From Octopus sinensis (lineage: Eukaryota), in the NCBI RefSeq assembly GCF_006345805.1, contig NW_021832276.1, positions 11,797-75,796 of the forward strand: a stretch of DNA of 64,000 bases, given 5' to 3'. The stretch's first letter is position 1. The number at the start of each line of letters is the position of its first letter. Below are positions 1 to 12,948 of the stretch, piece after piece. Below the pieces are notes generated by a model that made no database searches, had not been told where the DNA came from, and worked only from the letters and a program-made list of their open reading frames with translations. The position numbers and the translations under genes are program-made.

Positions 1-64
1 GAGCCATGTGAACCACTATCTGGTACTGCATCAGGGCAAGTGCCACTGTCTGGTACTGCATCAG
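1..64. repeat. 30-bp-period direct repeat at the edge of an unclassified interspersed repeat abutting a (TAT)n array
   Basis: CCACT(A/G)TCTGGTACTGCATCAG occurs at 13-34 and 43-64, then runs directly into (TAT)n; the element continues out of the window. Confidence 0.6.
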
Positions 65-106
65 TATTATTATTATTATTGTATTTTATTATTATTATTA
101 TTATTA

Positions 107-146
<40 letters not shown>

Positions 147-177
147 TTATTATTATTATTATTATTATATTATTATT

Positions 178-237
<60 letters not shown>

Positions 238-238
238 A
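65..238. repeat. compound (TAT)n-(GTT)n microsatellite
   Basis: Direct reading; explains ORFs 8..241 and 40..315. Confidence 0.97.
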
Positions 239-925
239 TGAACATTGTGAAAACTTATACTATTGAAGCTGTAAGCGTTACAAATGCTAAGCTTTGTATA
301 TTGTTTTTCTTTTAATTCCCATGATGCTGAAATGCTCTGCCATGGATGGAAATATGTTGGATGAAATATTCATGAATAATGAACAATGGAATGTAAGCCT
401 AATTGATACCACTAAAATAGGCTATATATATATATATATATATAATATATATATATATATGAAAGAATGCAACAAGAGAAGTAATTAGGCTTATTGAAAG
501 TTCTGATTTCAATATTAAGGCATGATGCGAATTCAGATATTAAATGTTGCATCGAATATACACACAAAGGTAACTTGTAAGTAACTTAGGGTGATTTTTC
601 ATTCAAAGAAAATGGTTTTTGTCGTGAATTGACTCTATTACTCTGCATCAGTATATGTTAAAAGTTGCTGCTATGCAATATTCATGATATGTACGTTATA
701 TCCCCCGACTACGCACGCACAAATATATATATATATAATCGCCGTAAGTTAACCTGCTATATATATATATATACTTGCATTGTTAGCATCATAAGAATTT
801 ATAAACTTTCGATAGAATCTGGAATAATTTTCTTTTGGAATTGGTTCTCGAAGTACATGTAAAGCTATATTTATGTGCTATTAACTGTAGCTTTGTACTT
901 TTCGAAAACAAATTACCCAAAAGAT

Positions 926-1140
926 TCACACACACACACATACACACACATACATAATTACATACATACATACACAGATACATACTTACATACATGCATA
1001 CATACAAACATGCATACATACATACATACATACATGCATACATACATTCATACATACATACATACATACATACATACATACATACATACATACATACATA
1101 CATACATACAGACATATATATATAATATATATATATATAT
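926..1140. repeat. (CA)n/(CATA)n/(TA)n compound microsatellite
   Basis: Direct reading; source of the MYVC and HTYI pseudo-ORFs. Confidence 0.95.
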
Positions 1141-1714
1141 GCGTGCCATCAAAATAGTAGTGATGTAGTGCCATCGTCAGCTGCACAAATAAATAAATAG
1201 AATTTTAACTAGTCGGCTAGGTATGATCATGAGTATTGTCATATACCTACCTTTTAGAGTAACTGTCTATAAAAGTGGCTGGGTAGGGGAAGACTCTAAA
1301 TCATGATGTTAATTACGAATTAAAGAGGCAAGACGTTAAGAAATCTAGTATGTTAACACAAAGGAAATTTTATCTTGGGGCAGTATGGGTGACGGCTTAT
1401 AAATAATATTGCTATGTATAAGTATTATTCTTCATTAAGAATATTATTGACAGTGACTTCCAAGTTTCCACCAGTTATGCTATCGCTGAACTAGCGAACA
1501 TAAAAAGAAACATTAACAATATTATGCGCGTGCAAGCACCCACAAACTTGCCCACACACAGACGGACACACACACACGCACACACACACATGTATATATT
1601 TGATAGATAGATAAATCGATAGATAGATAGATAAATAGATATAAAATAAAAAGCACAAACTGCCCCGATGGTGAATATCCTGGTTACTTTCAATTGGTAT
1701 TTCATTAGAAATGA

Positions 1715-1976
1715 GTTAATTCCATAATTATGTAATAAAGATGTATAATTAATATAAATTAAATTGAATTAAATTTTAAAGCTGTTTATCTCAACTCATC
1801 AGAAATATTAAGTGTGATACTAATCACAGAGCGTTGCTGGTAATTAAACGGCCTATCATTAGCATCTTCCTTAATATTCCTGATGATTTGGTACAACCAT
1901 TGCTTGAAATTAATAAAATTAAAATTAGTTTAGATTAATTAATTATACATCTTAATTACATAATTTTGGAACTAAT
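1715..1976. repeat. diverged inverted repeat (two head-to-head copies of a short element, each with a CTGATGA hammerhead-core relic)
   Basis: Reverse complement of ~1715-1824 (ATTAGTATCACACTTAATATTTCTGATGA...TAATTATACATCTTTATTACATAATTATGGAA) matches 1858-1976 (ATTAGCATCTTCCTTAATATTCCTGATGA...TAATTATACATCTTAATTACATAATTTTGGAA). Confidence 0.75.
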
Positions 1977-3210
1977 GATGTTTATTCATATTGAAACAGC
2001 TGTTGAATGTAATTAGAATATAAAATAGTGAAATTTCTGCATTTCTTATTTCGTTCTACAAATACGTCGCTCGTAAGGATCATTTTAGCTGATTATGTAT
2101 ATACTTGCAACATTTTGTCACAAGGTTTACTTTAATGTTACAACGTGTTGAATTCTAACGACCTATTAGTGATTGAGTTCTAAATTACACTGGATAGATT
2201 GGTGTCACTATAAGTCGTATTTCACTGAATATATGTAGACGATCCGTAGTAGCTCATCTGTATGCTGATCTATCTATTAATGTTATGTATAAACTGAAAG
2301 ACTGCAATATAAACAGGCTCTTCATTAAGCCCGATGTGTAGTCTTCTATAGCCACAAAAGAATACTAGATTATTCTAAATTGCTAATATTTTATTCTAAA
2401 TACAATGATAAAATATCAGTGAAATGTTTTGATATTATGTATGTACTTCATCCAACATAGTCTAGGTAAAACATCAACTGACTCTCTCAATTATTGCACA
2501 TGCCAATGTGGGAGAAAGAAACATCGTATATCTTAATTTAATTCTCACCGAAAAGCCATGAACAGCTCATCAAATAAAATAGATTATGCATTATGCGTAA
2601 TAGAACAAATCGTATTATTAATAGACTACAATATATGAAATGAACTGCATGAAAAATGAAGCAATAAAGACATGCAAGTATCTCAATGAATAACAATTTA
2701 ATAACGTAAATTAATATTGAAAAGGGAAAAGTTGGAAACACGATGATTGTTATGTTAAATTGGGCACAGATAAAAACATATACCGCTCTTTTCTATAATT
2801 TCAACATTTACCTATGACGATATTTAATCTAAATTTTTATTTTACTATACATGACAAAGCCAGATAGAAAATTTCTGTACATCCAACTTTGTAATTTCTT
2901 TTCAAAGATATTACAGTTTTCGTTGTTGAAGATTCCGAAACAAATCCCTCCGAAAAGTACACTGTATGGCACCAAATGTTATAAACCAATTTCTTGGTGG
3001 AATTCCGACGCAAACTAGACATTTAAATATTTATGTAAGAATAAATACTGAAAGAGATTCATGGCATATGCATTCTTATGGAAATCTGAAACGATAGAAT
3101 TTTAATATTTGAGCAGAACCATAACAGATGATAATTCATAAAAGATACACGTAAAATTATGAACTACAACAGCTAGACCAGCTCCTGTTTGGAATTATAA
3201 TCGAATTAGC

Positions 3211-3249
<39 letters not shown>

Positions 3250-3320
3250 TAATAATAATATAATAATAATTATTATTATTATTATTATTATTTTATTATT
3301 ATTATTATTATTATTATTAT
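3211..3320. repeat. (TAA)n immediately followed by (TTA)n (fold-back microsatellite)
   Basis: Polarity of the trinucleotide switches at ~3270. Confidence 0.95.
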
Positions 3321-4074
3321 ACCAGAAATTACCAGAAATTACCAAAATACCAGAAATTACCAAAAACATGTAATGAAAATAAATATTACAAGTAACTGCA
3401 GAATATCTGGAGATGGACAAGAAACAATAAATCATATTATCTCTAGCTGCCCAGTCCTGGCTAAGAAGGAATATTTCACAGACATGACAGATTTGGAACC
3501 TACATACATTGGAAGCTATGCCAACATTATGGAATAACAACAGAAAAAAGATGGTATAGGCCACACACCAGAAAAGGTCACAGAAAACGAGAAAGCAACC
3601 CTACTCTGGGATATGCCGATACACACAGATAGAGAAATTAAGGCCAACAGACCAGATATAGTTGTCAGAGATCATGAAGAAAAAAATGCTTTCTAATTGA
3701 TGTATCAATACCGGCAGATGACAACGTGTCTCTAAAAGAAATGGAGACTCTCAAAATACAAAGACCTGGAAACAGAGGTAACTAGAATGTGGAATCTGAA
3801 AACAGAAACAATTCCTATCATAGTAGGTGCATTAGGCATGATAAAAAAATATTCAGACAAATACATAACAAAAACACCAGGACTTACAAACACATATAAC
3901 ATACAGAAAATTGCACTACTAGGCACTGCACACATCCTACGCAGAACACTTTCCATACAATAACCATCAGAGCATCACAACAAATCACAGCACATACCCA
4001 AGGCACACAGAGCTGCGCTCGGTAGTGAAGTGAAAGCCCGCTATAAAAAAAAATAAAATAAATAAATAAAACTA

Positions 4075-4080
<6 letters not shown>
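3321..4080 (+). mobile_element. 5'-truncated R4/Dong-like non-LTR retrotransposon (CCHC knuckle + restriction-like endonuclease + 3' UTR), frameshifted
   Basis: Manual translation across frameshifts: SNCRISGDGQETINHIISSCPVLAKKEY / RHDRFGTYIHWKLCQHYG / TPEKVTENEKATLLWDMPIHTDREIKANRPDIVVRD / FLIDVSIPADDNVSLKEME / KYKDLETEVTRMWNLKTETIPIIVGALG...QKIALLGTAHILRRTLSIQ*, stop at 3961-3963. Shows a degenerate CCHC, RHD and PD..D RLE motifs; the 3' end runs into (TAA)n, the known Dong-type target. Confidence 0.92.
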
Positions 4081-4109
<29 letters not shown>

Positions 4110-4131
4110 TGATGATGATAACAATAGTGAT

Positions 4132-4312
4132 TTCTAATTTTGGCTGAAGGCCAGCACATCCAGGAAAAGAAGTAGGTCGATTACATTAGCCCCAGTGATC
4201 AACTGGTACTTATTTTGTCAAACCCGAAAGGGTGAAGATCAAAGTCGACTTCGTCGGAATTTGAACTCAGAACGTAAAGATGGACAAAACGTCGCTTTTT
4301 TTGCCCGGCGAT
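4132..4312 (-). mobile_element. tRNA-derived SINE family A (Meta-like core), degenerate
   Basis: Reverse complement resembles 4788-5018 (TTCTGAGTTCAAATTCCGACGAAGTCGACTTTG...CCCTTTCGGG). Confidence 0.8.
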
Positions 4313-4589
4313 AAAAAGTCGATAAAAGCAAACAACATCAGAAAACATGTATATAGGGAGAACGTTTCATAAAAAGTGTAAAGTCTATGGAATTTGGAAT
4401 GAGACACATCGTTACAGAATCTCCCAGGTTGGCCAAGGGAGAATGTAAGAGAATGTAAGAGTAAAGGTGTGACCAAATTAAAGTATTCTTCTCTTCCCTC
4501 AGACCCTTAACCTAAGGGGCATATTCGTGATGCGTCAGTTGGAGTGAGAACTGCACCAAGAATCAGCTTGTCGTCTTTTCCTGGCTTGA

Positions 4590-4705
4590 AGATTGTAGCA
4601 ATAGGAAATAAGTTCCTTGCACAAGAACACAAATTACTACTCTTTCCAGAAGTTGAACCCATTATCCTAAACCAAACACTCTAACTGCTAGATTAAGCGC
4701 ACTCA
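4590..4705 (-). mobile_element. degenerate SINE head fragment
   Basis: CTTGCACAAGAACAC...TTGAACCC...CACTCTAACTGCTAG resembles 42295-42405 and a reversed tRNA-like head. Confidence 0.4.
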
Positions 4706-4787
4706 TTCATGAATATATTCGTGTTTAGGAGTGTGTATGTGTGTGTGCATGCATGCAAGTATATATGAACCTATATATATATGTATA

Positions 4788-5018
4788 GGCGGCGAGCTGG
4801 CAGAAACGTTAGCACGCCGGGCGAAATGCGTAGCCGTATTTCGTCTGCCGTTACGTTCTGAGTTCAAATTCCGTCGAAGTCGACTTTGCCCTTCATCCTT
4901 TCGGGGTCGATAAATTAAGTATCAGTTACGCATTGGAATCGATGTAATCGACTTAATCCGTTTGTCTGTCCTTGTTTGTCCCCTCTGTGTTTAGCCCCTT
5001 GTGGGTAGTAAAGAAATA
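4788..5018 (+). mobile_element. tRNA-derived SINE family A (Meta-like core), near full length
   Basis: A-box-like TGGCAGAAACG, B box GAGTTCAAATTCC, core GACTTTGCCCTTCATCCTTTCGGGGTCGATAAATTAAGTATCAG; multiple copies in the window. Confidence 0.9.
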
Positions 5019-5519
5019 TATATATGTATGTATGCATGTATGCATATGTGTATATTTACCAGTCTGCTTAGTCAAGGAAGTGGTTGTAATCTACAACCAT
5101 GTGAAAAAGTGGAATGTGACTAGCGTTGTAATCAGTAAATTGAAACTACAAACTGAAAGTGCCCAGAGTGAGGGAAAACGAAGAAGGGGAGACAGACACA
5201 AGAAATTTCAAACAATTCACATTCTGAAGAACATATTTCATGTATATCTGTATATGTACATTTATAAATATGTCACACATGTAGTAATTCTCAAAACAAT
5301 GTAATACAGTCTCAAGACTCAAAAGAAGAATCTATATTCTGTTCAATTAGATTATATAAAAATACACTCAAGCGTACAGACACCCACATCCACGCACACA
5401 CATAATCCTGTAAACAAACAAACACATACACACACTCATACTTATGTGTATATATATAAACATATATGTATATAAATAAATATATATATACATATTCATA
5501 TAGTATTAGTATATATACA

Positions 5520-5597
<78 letters not shown>

Positions 5598-5669
5598 TGC
5601 ATATTTATATATGTATTAGTATATATACATACATACATACATACATGTTAATATATATAAACATGTATG

Positions 5670-5726
<57 letters not shown>

Positions 5727-6479
5727 GTTTATGTATGTATATATGTCTTTATGTATGTTTGTCTTGCGTGTGAGTTTGTGAAAGAATACATAGAAGCGTA
5801 CAATTGTATATGTCAACATATGTGATGCATTCGTATACATTCGCAAATATATGATGTATGCATATATACATAGATACATACACATACACTTATTAGAATT
5901 TCCGTCAACTCCAACAGTAACCAGACATAAAACTATTGTATTGAGTTAATAAATTTAATTGGTGCCTTTTTTGTTTTTTTCTTTTTTTAGCAGTATTTGT
6001 TCGGGTCTGTCTTTAGTTGCTTTTGTTCGGATATTGATTGATCATTATAATTTTTTTTTCATTTCCTTCCGTCTCTCTTTCGCTATTTTTCTTATAACTC
6101 CTTTATCACAATCTTGATAAGAACGCAGGTGTCAAATTTATAACAAATTGAACAAAAGTGATATTCTAATCTGGAAGATGAAATCATCGATTTTTTAAAC
6201 TGATTGATATGACCATTCTCTGTGTTTTTTTTTAATGGTATTGGCTATTTGTGTATATTTGTTTTGTGTGTATTTTCGATTTCATACATACATACCTACA
6301 TACATACATACATACATACATACATACATACATACATACATACATACATACATACATACATACATACATAGGTATATATATATATACATGTATACCTATA
6401 TAAGTATGTGTGCATATATGAGTGTGTTTTTTGTACGTACATTTATGTGTATGTGTGTCTGTATATATATATATTGATT

Positions 6480-6525
6480 GATTCTAGTTTCAGCTCACGA
6501 GCTGTGGCCATGCTGGGGCACCGCC
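6480..6525 (-). mobile_element. 3' tip of a SINE (family B-like tail)
   Basis: Reverse complement GGCGGTGCCCCAGCATGGCCACAGCTCGTGAGCTGAAACTAG resembles the family B tail at 28356-28398. Confidence 0.6.
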
Positions 6526-6532
6526 ATATATA

Positions 6533-6587
<55 letters not shown>

Positions 6588-6600
6588 GTATATATATTAA

Positions 6601-6650
<50 letters not shown>

Positions 6651-6660
<10 letters not shown>

Positions 6661-7051
6661 CATATATGTATACATGTGTCTGTTTAAATAAGTCTTCTAT
6701 TATAATTATATGTACATGAATACATCTTTTGTTTAACTTTGTTTAAATGTTCTTTGCCTATACAAAATCTTTTACAATGGGACCTCTTCTATATGATGAT
6801 TTTGCTACATATATCAATATACTTTATCGTTATTTTTCAACTAATGAATCTATCAATTCCCACCCCCACCCCACCCTCGTGATTTCTTCGTGATTTGTAT
6901 GATTCTTTATTCCTACTTTGAATAACCATAATCATCAAAATATCAGTCGAATAGGCACATTTAGATGAATGCATATTGTTGATAATGTGATGTATGGTAA
7001 GCATACGCGTTTCGGGTAAATATATATACGGTTACAAATACATAAATATCT

Positions 7052-7089
<38 letters not shown>

Positions 7090-7490
7090 CATATATGTAT
7101 ACATGTGTCTGTTTAAATAAGTCTTCTATTATAATTATATGTACATGAATACATCTTTTGTTTAACTTTGTTTAAATGTTCTTTGCCTATACAAAATCTT
7201 TTACAATGGGACCTCTTCTATATGATGATTTTGCTACATATATCAATATACTTTATCGTTATTTTTCAACTAATGAATCTATCAATTCCCACCCCCACCC
7301 CCACCCTCATTTCTTCGTGATTTGTATGATTCTTTATTCCTACTTTGAATAACCATAATCATCAAAATATCAGTCGAATAGGCACATTTAGATGAATGCA
7401 TACTTGTTGATAATGTGATGTATGGTAAGCATACGCGTTTCGGGTAAATATATATACGGTTACAAATACATAAATATCTTGTATATATAT
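6651..7490 (+). repeat. tandem direct duplication, ~430 bp unit, bounded by (TA)n
   Basis: ~6651-7055 repeated at ~7080-7483 with only a few small indels. Confidence 0.95.
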
Positions 7491-7544
7491 ATATATATAT
7501 ATATAATATGCATGGACACATACAGACGTATATAAATTGCCATA

Positions 7545-7582
<38 letters not shown>

Positions 7583-7607
7583 ACACACACATATGCATAT
7601 ATATACA

Positions 7608-7779
7608 GGCACAGGCGTAGCTAAGTGGTTAGAAGCTTGCTTCCGGACCACAAGGTTTTGGTTTCAGTCCCACACCGTGGCACATTAGACAACTGTCTGC
7701 TACTATAGCCTCGGGGGGACCAAGGTCTTGTACGTGGATTTGGTAGACAGTAACTGGAGCAGGCTTTCGTGTACATATG

Positions 7780-7837
<58 letters not shown>

Positions 7838-7982
7838 TCCCCTCGCTATCGCTTGAGAACCGAGGCTGGTGTATTTAACTTAGCGGTTCGACAAAAAGGA
7901 CCGATTGTATAAGTACCAGAATAAGTTCCTGGGGTAGATTTCTTCGACTAACACCCTTGAAACCATTAAACGAATAAAAGAA
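7608..7982 (+). mobile_element. tRNA-derived SINE family B (CORE-like), with internal microsatellite
   Basis: GGCACAGGCGTAGCTAAGTGGTTAG head, CAGTCCCAC, TACTATAGCCTCGGG...GTGGATTTGGTAGAC, tail TAACTTAGCGGTTCGACAAAA; homologous to 27796-28420. Confidence 0.88.
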
Positions 7983-8735
7983 TATATATACATGTATATG
8001 TATATATAATGCAGTCGAGTTACCTTTTACTTAAAAAAAAAAAAGAAAATTGCCTCGACCATTTATTTTCATTTCAAATGTCTTCCATACACATATTTCA
8101 AAAGCACATTCTATTTTCTCACTTTTTTGTCTATAGTTTGCTGACTTTATATATTTTTCTTATTTTATCACGTTGCCTTCCGAAATGAGCTATCCATTTC
8201 TCCTTTCCATATCACATATTCTGTGCTGTCACCTTGTTATCTACTAATCCGCTATTTATTCTACTCTCTCACTCCGTTCACTGTTTAAATTTTTATGTTT
8301 AGCGGACATACTACGTCTATTTATCACTATTTCTGGCTTTTGCACCTCCCTCAACACATATTAGCTTCATGCAGCTCCTTTAATCTTCTTTTGTAGTGTA
8401 GATCTGCACCCGTCTTCTTTCTGTCATTCGGCTTCTCTCTTGGCTTCATACATATAATTTTTAAGAGATAGAGATAGATACAGAGAGAGAGAGAGAGAGG
8501 GGGAGATAGATAGATAGATAGAGAGAGAAATTATGAGAGAGACAAGCATACGCGCGCACGAATACATACATGCACGAACACTGTATTCATACTCCTAGAA
8601 ACAGAAGTACCCCACAGTCTCTCTCTGTATGGGTATATATATATATATACACACACATATGTATTATATATATATATATATGTGTGTGTGTATATGCATA
8701 TCTATATGGACGCATATATGTACGTATGTACATAT

Positions 8736-8853
<118 letters not shown>

Positions 8854-10208
8854 CATGTATGTATGTATGTATGTATGTATGTATGTGTGTGTGTTGTGTT
8901 GTTATGATGTTCGTCGGACATATTGACCAGGAGAAACAGGTACATTTCGGCCGCTTTATTGACTAATGCACACTCTAGTCTGAGAACAGAGTAGAAAAGC
9001 TGAGTCACATATATTTTATATCTGTGTGCCTGGATGGGTTTCTGCAAGAAATCTATCCGTTTTGCAGTCAAAATGCATGAAATTCGGATATTTGACCTTT
9101 GCATGTTACCTCAAATCTTAGAACATGCAGTATGGATGACGGATAATGAGAGGTGAGATTAGTCAATGGTGATTATCTGAAGGCCACGGTGAGAGATATA
9201 TCTTTGGTTGGAAGGGAAAACCAATAGAAAACCTTACTTACATGGAGTAGATTTCGAATTCAGAAATGAGAGAGAGAGCAGACTTCACAACCTGTCTTCT
9301 GACTTCAGTAAGAGACTAATGGTTCTTCTCTCCACGGTGAATACCTAATATATATACGGCAAGTACCAGGGAAGAGTTTGAGCTGAACCCCAAAAGAAGA
9401 CAACATCAACTTGCTAGGCTTTCTCACTGCAAATTGTTCCTTGACTTTGGAAAAGCACAATTCTAATAGGGTAAGCGAGAAATAGTATCTCCAATAATGT
9501 TAGGCTCTAAAGTAAACGCAAGGAGTAAACATTACTAATCACCAGTACATTATTTTCTTTAGAGAGATGCATGCTTCTATTTACAAAATCCGCACGATAA
9601 ATATGATTGATTACGTGATCCGGTCGACCTAACACCTCATGAAGAAGCCAAAGATTGTTCTACATACAATGACTATTGCTACATTCTCACACTGTAATTC
9701 AACTCACTTCAATACGAAGCCAGCAGTAGAGATGATGCCAACGGAAAGAACATCAACAATGAGTGTCTCCTAGTATAAGTAGCGCACTTTTCAACGTTAG
9801 CCAAGTAAACATCGTCATACATAAATCTGAAACACTATGAGTCATATCAAACGAATTGTGCGGTAGGTTTTAGATTCCACAGCATGGAAAGACCATGCTT
9901 GACAAGAGCAAAACCTAATCAAGTACTTAGTGTATAGAAATGGAACGGATATTTCTGTCAGCCAAACTAAGAATATGAAGCTTAAGTCAAAAGCATGTCA
10001 GCATGTAAAATCTATTGGCCAGAATCAAATACACGCAAGGCAAGAAATCTTAGCATTTCAATGCATTTTAAATCTAGCAGCTAGCATGACATAAAATGAT
10101 TTATTCAGTCAATGAACAATATAAAATATGGTCCTAAAACAACAGATCTTTCACAATTCAGATCGGAAGACGAAATAATCGTTTGAGATTTAAAAAAAAG
10201 CAGCATTT

Positions 10209-10899
10209 ACAACCGATGGAAGCAACGTTTCAAAGACTTGCTTCGTGATGTGTCTGCAACCAACGAAGATCTCAGGACATACTAAAGCAAATGGGAAATT
10301 ACTTAACTGTAACAACTATCATTGTAGTAATCTAAAAAGCAATCTGTTCATGAAAAAACTGTAAACTCGTAAAGCTCTGTGTTTAAAATCATTTAAAATT
10401 AAAACATAGTTTATTTTTTATTTCATTATTATTTCTTGTGAAGAAATACATGAATTAGTGAAAGAAATCTTATACGAGATTCATAAACTTTCTTTACTGT
10501 TAAGATTGTTTATACTTTTTTTCACTATGGCTTATAATTCAGTTTTGTTGTTAAAGCCTTGAGTAATGAATAGAACAAAAATAAAGAATAAACTGATTAA
10601 GGTGATTATATCTTTAGTTCATAGAATAATCTAACGTTTCAATCAAAAGATGAGACTTTTGCTTGAAAATTCCATTAATTTGTTGATAAAAGAGTTTATT
10701 TTTTATGGCGTTGTGAGATCTTGAATAGTAGCTACCATTATTATTTTGCAGGAACACCTGACAGATTAGGAAAGGGGAGGAAATTCGTGGGTCTTCTTCA
10801 AATAAGAGACCTAGTTTGAATGATTAAGAGAAGCTGAACCTTCGAAAGCCACTTATGGATTAGGCAGCTGTGAACTGTTATTTATACTGGCATTAAGTT
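10209..10899 (+). repeat. source segment of a ~690 bp inverted duplication (partner 14543-15229)
   Basis: Near-identical reverse complement of 14543-15229. Confidence 0.95.
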
Positions 10900-12531
10900 C
10901 AACTGAGCTTAAATTTCCCTTTTAAGAGAGTTAGGGGAGATTTAATTCATTTGGTTGGGACTTTGAGTACAACCAGTAAGCAAGTAGAGGCTCCACGCTT
11001 CGATCGTCAATCTCCTAATTTATTTCCGTTGCCCTCTCTTTCTGCTTTGCTATTTAGCTTGTACATATATTGATTTTATGTTATTGTTATTTGGATCTAC
11101 ATCAGGATTCAGTGTGTATATTATTCTGTGTTATTTGTAGAGGCTTACTGAATCATGGACTAAATGCCTGATGAATCCTTCAATTTTTAAAACATCAGAA
11201 AATGAGTTGATAGAAACTTGGATGTTGTTTCGAGTAAGTCAAATAACAACGTTTGAACAACAAAAATTTGGTAACTCCTAAAGCGTGTCAGCTTTGGGCT
11301 CAAGTAGTCATTTTATGCTTTTTCTGTTATTGAGAAGGTGGATGGCAGGACTTGATGTATTCTATCTATTTTCCTGTACGGTATTTTCATGCATTTTCTT
11401 GATAAATTATTGAATTTATATTGAATTAAGACCGAGTATGTCTTGCATTTTTCTGCTGCCCATAATATATGTAACTCCGTCTCTTTGTTAAAAATTCTTT
11501 TTATTTAAGTAATCACATTTTGGGTTCAAATATCATCGTAGATACCTTGTGCATTAGACATAATCAAACAACTGTTTTCGAACTCCAGTCGGTCCGAGGG
11601 CACCTTTAGCAGTGACCCTATATTGTAAGTAATAAGACCAAGTTTCAGATTCCCGCCACTATTAGAAGCTCTGAAAGAGATCTGTCCCTCCTTCTTCATT
11701 AAATAATAAAAGTAACAAAATAAAGACTAACTGTAAGAACTAGACGTGTCTTGTTGTACTTAAGCTTACTAACAACTCCTAATTACGTGTGTGTTGCAGA
11801 CAGACTTTTATACATAATACAAGTGTAACTAAATACAAACAGAATAATGCGTGGTGCAACAGATGTATACATATATAAATCAAAAGCGAAGTCCGTACAT
11901 AAAACTTACAGAAGTAAACTAAATTTTATGAAGTGAGTCAATTTCAAAAATAATTAAATAAAATCAAAGATTTCCAGTCAGACGGAATAAAACTTTAAAG
12001 AGCAGCAATTAGCAATAAAAGTCATTTACTTCTTCTCATTAAAATAAATGTATTGCAGTAACATAATAATGCTGAGCAACTAGTTTTCTTTATATATACG
12101 TGTAATATATGCTTATAGACACACTTACATACATACGTACATATACGTATGTGTGAGTTTGTGTGTGTATATAAATACATATAGACTCTCATATGTGGGT
12201 ATATGAATTTGGTCCTCAGTCAGCTTTGGTTATAAGTATCGAGTTACTCGATCTATTGAGCGTTATATTAGTTGATTTGGCGTGTAAGACGTTTGAGGAT
12301 TTCACAGGTTTATATGTCTTGTCACGTAATTCCCAGACTAGAATCAGAGAAATGCACAATATATAACAAGCCTAGACTTTTGAATTTCAAGTGTAATCTA
12401 CCTTTTGGGTTCCACCACGGTTTCATTTTCCACAATTACACTTAAGAGTCTTGGGCTGCCAGTGGTTATAGTAAATGACATTTGCCCAACAAATTATTCT
12501 GTAGTCCCGAGGAAAATTTCTTCATAATTGC

Positions 12532-12581
<50 letters not shown>

Positions 12582-12884
12582 GCATCGACTTTACCTATTT
12601 CTATGTTATAATAGTCTACGTTGTGCTTAAAGATATCCTCGTTCGCCTAGAGAATAGAAATTATTTTCTATTAGCAATTACTTTACCTCAACCGGTTCAG
12701 CTCTTTTTAATACCATACCAAAATACGTCAAAACGGAAACGGATGACATAAAATTGAAATGTTCAGTGGATAAATTTCTTCAAAAAATCCCCATCTAACC
12801 TCGCACACCCGGATATATCGCCAACAATAATAACTCTTTGCTACAGTGGGCATAGTGCTTCATATATGACTAAAAGGCTTCACA

Positions 12885-12948
12885 AGGTGGTGCTATTTAG
12901 TTAAACATGGCGTTGGCCTATACTGGCCGAAACCTATCATAGTTATCA
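12885..12948 (+). repeat. short unclassified repeat; opposite-strand homolog at 38375-38442
   Basis: AGGTGGTGCTATTTAGTT...TGGCCGAAACCTATCA vs reverse complement of TGATAGGTTTCGGCCA...AACTTAATAGCACCACCT. Confidence 0.7.

Noticed and set aside
2195-2260. Minus-strand CAGATGA...GAAA resembling a hammerhead
   Set aside because: Core mismatch, no UH at the right place, stem I does not pair
8910-10130. Coding-like stretch with faint Gypsy-integrase-like words (e.g. YCYILT)
   Set aside because: Could not reconstruct DDE motifs by eye; needs BLASTX
11330-11560. Possible RTE LINE relic on minus strand (RYLR...)
   Set aside because: Only one short motif, many stops
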